DNA from: Candidatus Jorgensenbacteria bacterium
GTDB lineage: Bacteria; Patescibacteriota; Minisyncoccia; UBA6257; GWB1-50-10
Reading direction: 5' to 3'
DNA: 61,346 nucleotides
NCBI GenBank assembly: GCA_043807585.1
Contig: JAZDFV010000003.1
Location: 1-61,346 of the forward strand
Shown here one piece after another: positions 54,991-61,346 of the stretch. How positions within the stretch are numbered: the first letter of the stretch is position 1; every line of letters begins with the position of its first letter. The notes under the pieces are model-generated. The model was not told the origin of the DNA. It did not search any database and saw only the letters and a program-made list of their open reading frames with translations. The position numbers and the translations under genes are program-made.

Positions 54991-55872
54991 ATGAATCAAA
55001 AAGGATCCGCGGCGATTGTTGTCCCTCTCATTATTTTGGGCATTCTTATGGTGGCTGTCTGGGGTTTGTTAACTTCTGGTTTGGTAGTTTTTGCACAAGA
55101 GCCCATCCCATCTGATAATCTACGTGTTAATGATCCTTCTTACCCACGGCCTATACAAAGTGCGGGTTCCCCTTGGCTCTGCGTAAATTTAAATTTTAAT
55201 GGTGATGAGTATTGTCTGCGAACGCAAAAGGATAGAGTTGAATCTGACCAAGGCGCCGTCTTAGGAATTTTGGATTTGGTAAAGTCAAAATTGCTAGAAA
55301 CGATTTCAGAGAACTATTTTTCCAAACATTTTGACCTAAAACAAGTTTTAATAGGTGAGCAAGACACGGCGATTGATTTTTCTTATAACATAGGCGAGTA
55401 CAGTATAGACTACAGAGTTTTCGTTAGGGCTGAAGGCGTTAACAAGAATGTTATTCCACCGCGAGCAGCTCCCAGAGAAATTGCGGGGGTTGTTAATAAA
55501 GATGCGGTTTTTTCTGAAGCGCGGAAATGTATAGGAACAGAAAACGTGATATATGGCATAAACCCCGCTCCTGGTAGCATGTTTGAACTCCTTGCTATCG
55601 GTGACGAACCTAATCCTGGCAATCATAACCATTTTGAGATGGACCTAGAGACGAGCAAGGTTTCCTGTTCACTGGTGACAGAATCTATATTGGAATGGAG
55701 CGCGGTTTCTCCTAAAGAACCAAGACAAAATGTACCTTGCTATGACTGTTGGAAGAGCTACATACCTTATGTGGCGGGGGTTGGCGCAATAATTCTTGTT
55801 GTCTCTGGAACAATTTTATACCGGGAGAAGCGAGGTGGAGTGAAAAATAAGGATGGAGAGCGGACGAAATAG
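54991..55872 (+). CDS. Hypothetical surface protein with N- and C-terminal TM segments
   Basis: 293-aa AT-rich ORF between tRNA-Ala 3' duplicates. Confidence 0.7.
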   Translation: MNQKGSAAIVVPLIILGILMVAVWGLLTSGLVVFAQEPIPSDNLRVNDPSYPRPIQSAGSPWLCVNLNFNGDEYCLRTQKDRVESDQGAVLGILDLVKSKLLETISENYFSKHFDLKQVLIGEQDTAIDFSYNIGEYSIDYRVFVRAEGVNKNVIPPRAAPREIAGVVNKDAVFSEARKCIGTENVIYGINPAPGSMFELLAIGDEPNPGNHNHFEMDLETSKVSCSLVTESILEWSAVSPKEPRQNVPCYDCWKSYIPYVAGVGAIILVVSGTILYREKRGGVKNKDGERTK

Positions 55873-56090
55873 ACAATTTCTCCCACCTTCCTCTGTAGAG
55901 CCCCCATCCTCTATACTACTAAGCAGCATGACGAAGAGGATTGTCGTCTTCCAAGGGCTTGTTCCTGAAGAAAGTTCTAACGTCTTCTACTAGGGTCCAC
56001 AAAATGTCCCTTCCGGCAAAAAGACCCCCGTTGTTGGGAGAACCTCGAGGGTTCTTGACAAGAAGTTTGTTGGCATGATACACTTAAAGC

Positions 56091-56729
56091 ATGAAAGAAA
56101 AGTATGATCCCTCGAAAATCGAACACCTAGAGAGTCAGGAGGGCCTTGTGGAGGATTCGGAAAAAGCGAGGAGAATGGCAAACACCGAAGAGTGGTATAA
56201 AGAGTGGTCCGACGATTATGATAAATACCTTAAGGATCACGAAGGCGAAAATCCAGCCGAACATTTAAATTGGTTGGAAAAACTAACGAAAAGTCCCGGC
56301 ACTGAAGATAAAGATGATGCGCAGCGCGCCCTAGCGTTTTTAGGAATAAAACCGGAATATATAGAGAAAATTGGAGAAGTTGACGCGGAGGCGATCGGCG
56401 AGAAAGTAGATTACGAAAAAACTCTTCGCAGTAAGAGCGAAAGTGAGTTGCGAGCTGATTCATTCAAACTCTTTGCCACCCAGATATTTTGGAATGCATG
56501 GGGGGTGGGAAGACCCGCACCAGAATCTAAACGGATAAAACAAGATAAGGACAACAGATTTTCTTATTGGGATGCCGAAGGGGAGGCGCAAGCACATTTC
56601 TTTCAGGAATCACCGAGAGTTTATAGTAAATTGGCACATGAGTGGGCCGCTATGTATAAGCGCGGAGCAATATCCGATGAATTAGAAAGGAGAAGGAGAG
56701 AGAAGGAACGCTCGAAAGAAAAGGAGTAA
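56091..56729 (+). CDS. Hypothetical charged protein
   Basis: 212-aa ORF with no recognised motif. Confidence 0.7.
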   Translation: MKEKYDPSKIEHLESQEGLVEDSEKARRMANTEEWYKEWSDDYDKYLKDHEGENPAEHLNWLEKLTKSPGTEDKDDAQRALAFLGIKPEYIEKIGEVDAEAIGEKVDYEKTLRSKSESELRADSFKLFATQIFWNAWGVGRPAPESKRIKQDKDNRFSYWDAEGEAQAHFFQESPRVYSKLAHEWAAMYKRGAISDELERRRREKERSKEKE

Positions 56730-57073
56730 GCGGGGCTTAAACCGAACAGAGAGGTGATGCGGCGTTGCACGCATCCTTTTTCTTTGTCCAAACTTTCCGC
56801 CTCAAACAACCTTACCCCACTTCCTCTGTGCATTCTCTTCAGATACACTGATCTCAAGAATCAGGGAATCGAGGATAAGTTCTGCGAATGCTTTGATTTC
56901 TCCTGGTCCAAAGTTCCAACTGCTTCGCGTGAGGTCCACAAAATCATCCACTTCTCCCCCTAGGTCCACCAAAGACGTTCGCGCGGACAAGTTTGACTTC
57001 TCCCGGAATGTGTATAAAGCTAAACCTTGTAAAGGTCGGTCTATCGCTCATACATAAATTGTAATTGAGAAAA

Positions 57074-57985
57074 ATGTCTATTGAACAAGGTCCGTTTTCC
57101 CAAGGGGCGGGAAACGAGCAGCCGAAAGATCAGGAGGCCTTGAATATTGAACAGGCTTGGATAGGAGCGCTCGCCGAGAAGCCGGTCCGCGATTTGGCGC
57201 GGGAGGAAGGCGCGAGTGAGGAGGAAAAGGCGATCCTTGACCGGTTGGCGGAGAGGCACGGCGAAAAAGCGGTGCAAGAGTACGGGGCCGAAAAAGAGAA
57301 AAATCCCATTGAGAGATTGCTTGCCCGCGTGGATAAGATCGCCGTTGAGATGGAAGGAAAGGGGTTGGGACAAGATGCGGCTATGGTGAAAAAGATAAAG
57401 GACAGGTTTGATCTTTACGCCGAAACTGTGCGAAAAGGTAAGGAAGGTTTGGAAGAAAGTCGGGGTAGGAGGGTGTCGTTGCAGGAACTGAAGCGGAGCG
57501 GCCATTCGGAATATGCGATCGGCGATTCAATCCCGGTAACCCATCAAATTGGCAGGGGCGGTGGTTGGACTTACTCTCCACAAGGGTTTGCGAGAAGCTG
57601 GTTCAGTGAGGGCGATCTTGAGAAATACAAAGATTCGTTCGAGAAGGAACGGACGGAGCATAATATGGAAGTCGTCAATTTCAGCTTTTCCAAGGAGGGC
57701 GAAACGGAGTTCTACCGATCCCTGGGGGTTCTCGGAGCGAACGAAGAAGTTATCGACATACCGACTATCTACCAAAGAGCGGATAACGAAGAAAGGAAGA
57801 AACGTGGCCATAGCGAGGGACACATTGATCCGAAAAATTACCAGGCTAAATTCCCCACCAATATCGATGGGGTAATTTTAGAGGTTAAGAAAGACCGCAG
57901 TAGATCCTACGACGGCCAAGGCGAAGAAAGAATTTCCCTCGGATTCGACGACAAGTTTCTGGAGGCGATTCTCGCCAAGAAATAA
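57074..57985 (+). CDS. Hypothetical charged protein
   Basis: ~303-aa ORF; TTGACT promoter-like box upstream. Confidence 0.7.
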   Translation: MSIEQGPFSQGAGNEQPKDQEALNIEQAWIGALAEKPVRDLAREEGASEEEKAILDRLAERHGEKAVQEYGAEKEKNPIERLLARVDKIAVEMEGKGLGQDAAMVKKIKDRFDLYAETVRKGKEGLEESRGRRVSLQELKRSGHSEYAIGDSIPVTHQIGRGGGWTYSPQGFARSWFSEGDLEKYKDSFEKERTEHNMEVVNFSFSKEGETEFYRSLGVLGANEEVIDIPTIYQRADNEERKKRGHSEGHIDPKNYQAKFPTNIDGVILEVKKDRSRSYDGQGEERISLGFDDKFLEAILAKK

Positions 57986-58108
57986 TAATTAAGGGCCAAC
58001 TTTCGTCCTGGTCTCATAAGTAGCCCCCGCCTCCTTTGTGGGGCTACTGCGGAAAACGGCCGCCCCCCTGGGGCGGCCTTTTTCGTTTTGGTTTATGATT
58101 AGGGAAAC

Positions 58109-58801
58109 ATGCCCGTAGTCGGCATTGATATCGGCGGCTCAAAAATGCGCGGGGTGGTGTGGAGCGGCACCCGCGTTCTCCGCGCAAAAACCGTTGGAAC
58201 TCCCCACGGGAAAGTCGTCTTTGAGAGAACACTCAGGGCGCTCGTCCAAGGCCTTGGCGGTGGCGACCGGCGCGTTCCTGTCGGCATCGGCTGTGCGGGT
58301 GTCATCCAAGGAACGAAAGTGGTCTGGAGCACCAACATTCCGTTTCTCGTGAATTTTGACATGGCGAAGTTTCTCGGCCGCCGGGTGCGGCTCGATAACG
58401 ATGCGCGCGCGTTCGCGCGCGGGGAATACCGGCGGGGTGCGGCGAAAGGTGTGCGGCGCGCTCTCTTCCTTACCTTCGGCACGGGTGTGGGGCGCGCGTA
58501 TGGGGAGCGCAACAGAATAGAGAGCGTAAAACGTTTTGAATATCCCGAACGATGGGAGAAACGGTACCAGGCGATTCGCGGCATGAAGAAGCTTGGGTCA
58601 TTCGCGGCGGAGCATGTGTTTCCCATCGTCAGGCGTTACAAGCCGACAGTTATCGTGGTAGGCGGGGCGGTGGGGGGGTGTGCGGGATTCGTGCCGCGTT
58701 TTCGCGCCGCCCTCCGTACGCGGGGATTCACTGGGAATACCGTGAGGTCAAAACTCGGGGCGTACGCGGGCGCCATCGGCGCGGTGCTTCTTTTCCCATG
58801 A
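58109..58801 (+). CDS. ROK family sugar kinase
   Basis: VGIDIGGSK, DNDARA, LTFGTGVG, AGAIGA. Confidence 0.88.
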   Translation: MPVVGIDIGGSKMRGVVWSGTRVLRAKTVGTPHGKVVFERTLRALVQGLGGGDRRVPVGIGCAGVIQGTKVVWSTNIPFLVNFDMAKFLGRRVRLDNDARAFARGEYRRGAAKGVRRALFLTFGTGVGRAYGERNRIESVKRFEYPERWEKRYQAIRGMKKLGSFAAEHVFPIVRRYKPTVIVVGGAVGGCAGFVPRFRAALRTRGFTGNTVRSKLGAYAGAIGAVLLFP

Positions 58802-58924
58802 TCCCGTTAGAGATAACTAGAGTATCCATTATGCATTTCAACATCCACGAAGGTAAGAAACTGATTGGTAATGAAAAGGCCGTGACTGCTACGGTCGCCT
58901 CGGGCGACCTATCTCTAACGGGAT
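58801..58924. mobile_element. MITE-like element with cccgttaga...tctaacggg inverted ends
   Basis: atcccgttagagat / atctctaacgggat. Confidence 0.65.
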
Positions 58925-60179
58925 GAATAGAAACGAACCATTTTACTTCGGTGCCGCGACGAGCGCCCACCAAGTGGAGGGCGGGAACCGGAACGACTGG
59001 ACGGAGTGGGAAATTGAAACTGCAAAGAGCAAGGCGCAAATGGCGAAGGGTAATCCGCCGACTGGCGGATGGCCGGACTATATATTGGAAAATTATCCGA
59101 GCCCTCTTGACGAAGAAAATTATATTTCGGGGCGTGCGGCGGACCATTTCAACCGCTACGAGGAGGATTTTGATATTGCGAAATCGCTCGGCCACAACGC
59201 CCACCGTTTCTCCATCGAGTGGTCGCGGGTGGAGCCGGAGGAAGGGAAGTTTGACGAGAGCGCCCTCGCGCACTACCGCAACGTGGTGAAAGCGCTCCGC
59301 GCGCGGGGAATGGAACCGTTCGTCTCCCTCTCCCACTGGACGATTCCGCGCTGGTTCCGTGACGCGGGCGGGTGGCGCAGTCCGCGCGCCCCGGAGCGCT
59401 TCGCGCGGTACGCGGAAACGGCGGCGCGCGTGCTCGGGGACGACGTGCGTTTCTGGATCACCCTGAACGAGCCGGAGCTCAATGCGGCATTCGGGTATTT
59501 CCTCGGAAAGTGGCCGCCGAACGTCCGCTCGCCGCTGGCCTATTGGCGCGTGCTCCACCGGCTTGTGGACGGTCACCGCGCCGCCTACGCGGTCATCAAG
59601 CGCTTGGCTCCGCAGGCGCAGGTCGGCATCGCGAAACACAATTCATACTTTGAAGCGGTGGGGTTGAATCCGTGGAATCGGGCGCTCCAGTCGCTCGCGC
59701 AGTGGTGGTGGAATTCGTACTTCCTGGACAGCATCGCGGACGTGCAGGACTTCATCGGACTCAACTACTACTTCCACAACCGCATCAACTGGTGGTTCAA
59801 CCGCAACGAGAACAGAACGGTGTCGGATGTTGGATGGGAGCTGTATCCGGAGGGCATCTACCACGTCGTGAAGGACCTCGCGCGCTACCGGAAACCGATC
59901 TACATCACCGAGAACGGCGTGGCCGATGCGCGCGACGTTCTCCGAGCCGCATTCATCCGCGAAACGTTCCGGTGGCTCGCGCTCACGAAAGAGGAAGGGG
60001 TGGATATCCGCGGCTATCTCCACTGGTCGCTCATCGACAATTTTGAGTGGGCGGACGGTTTCTGGCCGCGCTTTGGGCTCGTGGAGGTGGACTACCGTAC
60101 GCAGGCGCGCCGCGTGCGTCCGAGCGCGCTCGTCTACCGCGACCTCATCCGAGAATGGCACCGGGAGCATTTCGATTGA
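58923..60179 (+). CDS. Glycoside hydrolase family 1 (beta-glucosidase)
   Basis: ATSAHQVEG, RFSIEWSR, TLNEP, ITENG, WSLIDNFEW. Confidence 0.95.
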   Translation: MNRNEPFYFGAATSAHQVEGGNRNDWTEWEIETAKSKAQMAKGNPPTGGWPDYILENYPSPLDEENYISGRAADHFNRYEEDFDIAKSLGHNAHRFSIEWSRVEPEEGKFDESALAHYRNVVKALRARGMEPFVSLSHWTIPRWFRDAGGWRSPRAPERFARYAETAARVLGDDVRFWITLNEPELNAAFGYFLGKWPPNVRSPLAYWRVLHRLVDGHRAAYAVIKRLAPQAQVGIAKHNSYFEAVGLNPWNRALQSLAQWWWNSYFLDSIADVQDFIGLNYYFHNRINWWFNRNENRTVSDVGWELYPEGIYHVVKDLARYRKPIYITENGVADARDVLRAAFIRETFRWLALTKEEGVDIRGYLHWSLIDNFEWADGFWPRFGLVEVDYRTQARRVRPSALVYRDLIREWHREHFD

Positions 60180-60223
60180 TTTATTCGCATCATTCGCATG
60201 ATTCGTATATTCGCATCGCGTTT

Positions 60224-61114
60224 ATGAATTGGTTTTCCATCGCAACCGTTGCATACCTCCTGAACGCTGGCGCGGCGCTCGTGGATAAGGTGCTCCTGCG
60301 GCGCCTCGTCCCTCACCCCGCGGTGTACGCATTCTTCGTGAGTGTGCTGGGCGGGGTCGTGGTGCTCGCGGCGCCGTTCGTGCTCCAGGCGGCTGCCGCA
60401 AATATTATTCTCGCGAGCTTGGGCTCGGGTGTTCTCTTTACGGCCGCGCTCTTTCTCTTCTATACCGCGCTCCGGAAGGGGGAAACATTGCGCGTGGTGC
60501 CGCTCGTGGGGAGCGCGACGCCCGTTTTCGTGCTCGCCCTCGCGTGGATGATGCTCGGGGAAACGCTCACTGCGGCGCAGCTCGTCGGGCTCGCGCTTGT
60601 GGTCTTGGGGACTTTCTTCCTCGCACGGGAGGGGAGCGGGGGGCGGATGACGGCGCGCCTTGTCATGGAGGGCAGTGTCGCGGCGCTCCTCTTTGCCGCC
60701 TCGCACGTCGCCGCCAAGTTCGTGTATCTCCATCACCCGTTCCTCTCCGGGCTCGTATGGCGGGGGATCGGCGGGATCCTCGGGGCGCTCCTCCTTCTTG
60801 CATTCTCCTCCAATCGCAGGAATATCCGTGAGGCGCTTTCACACCCCGTGCTCTCTACAGGCGCGCTGTTCTTTGTGGGCCAGGCGCTCGCGGCGGTGAG
60901 TTTTTTCCTCGTGAACTACGCATTCTCGCTCGGGCCCGTGACGCTCGTGAACGCATTGACCGGCATCCAATACGCGTTCCTCTTCGCGGCGGTGTATACG
61001 CTCTCGCGGTTCTTCCCGCAGGTACTCCACGAATCCCATACGCCCCGGACGGTTGCGGCAAAAGTGGTCGGCATCCTCCTCGTGAGCGGCGGAATCGCCG
61101 CGCTGTTCATATAG
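60224..61114 (+). CDS. EamA/DMT family transporter
   Basis: About ten hydrophobic segments in two repeats. Confidence 0.8.
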   Translation: MNWFSIATVAYLLNAGAALVDKVLLRRLVPHPAVYAFFVSVLGGVVVLAAPFVLQAAAANIILASLGSGVLFTAALFLFYTALRKGETLRVVPLVGSATPVFVLALAWMMLGETLTAAQLVGLALVVLGTFFLAREGSGGRMTARLVMEGSVAALLFAASHVAAKFVYLHHPFLSGLVWRGIGGILGALLLLAFSSNRRNIREALSHPVLSTGALFFVGQALAAVSFFLVNYAFSLGPVTLVNALTGIQYAFLFAAVYTLSRFFPQVLHESHTPRTVAAKVVGILLVSGGIAALFI

Positions 61115-61140
61115 CAAATTATGCGTATGGTGAGTATTAC

Positions 61141-61346
61141 CGAACTGACTTGTGGTAAACCATTCAGCACTGAGTCTTTCGACGGCGAGCTCAAGACGGT
61201 CGAGCCGCTCATGGCCGAAGCGCTTGTCGAACCTACTTGTGGTGAGCCATTCGGCACTGAGCTCATGGCCGAAGCGCTTGTCGAACCTACTTGTGGTGAG
61301 CCATTCGGCACTGAGCTCATGGCCGAAGCGCGTGGCGAACCTACTT
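61141..61346. repeat. 54-bp tandem REP-like repeat running off the window end
   Basis: Units start at 61207, 61261 and 61315; degenerate copy at 61141. Confidence 0.88.

Noticed and set aside
61141-61346. CRISPR array (also 43463-43608)
   Set aside because: Units are contiguous tandem copies without unique spacers, and no cas genes are present.
22167-61346. Many long overlapping or antisense ORFs in the track (e.g. 24150-25502 extension, 37182-38483, 51127-52203, 58728-59639)
   Set aside because: Shadows of GC-rich real genes with no recognisable motifs.

Overview
Probably a whole contig of a Patescibacteria (CPR, Parcubacteria-like) genome, since both ends fall in repeats. The taxonomy is inferred from gene content, the compact type IV pilus cluster and the repeat style; TGA is used as stop. 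Positions ~22-61 kb are GC-rich backbone: comF, pilMNO-pilB-pilT-pilC, six pilins, pilD, ligA, gatCA, pheST, recG, cca, an ABC transporter, ROK/GH1/EamA and seven tRNAs. This backbone is heavily invaded by short palindromic and 6/7/9-nt tandem repeats, many inserted in frame in essential genes. Positions 1-22 kb form an unusual accessory array. Three mosaic copies of a secreted BNR beta-propeller gene carry a T9SS type A C-terminal domain (CTD), and each is paired divergently with a surface-protein gene. Between them lie AT-rich, self-promoted cargo blocks, each bounded by orphan 3' fragments of the CTD coding sequence plus a terminator (nine CTD-end sites in total). The cargo is dominated by peptide-modification modules with unannotated tiny precursor ORFs: rSAM/SPASM + HExxH + 54-aa peptide; rSAM/SPASM + 9-aa MLKGHLCEP + S66 peptidase; two acidic peptides + M16 peptidase. 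A further block has NTase/ALDH/methyltransferase plus ArgRS. No integrase is present. Long loopless palindromes centred on CGATCG sit just upstream of duplicated gene 3' ends both in this array and at tRNA-Pro. My best candidate for an undescribed system is this integrase-less, gene-tail-targeted cassette array. The second is a GxxExxY nuclease gene bounded by 18-bp inverted repeats whose gene-less relatives are scattered through the window. All family assignments are by motif recognition, with no database searches.
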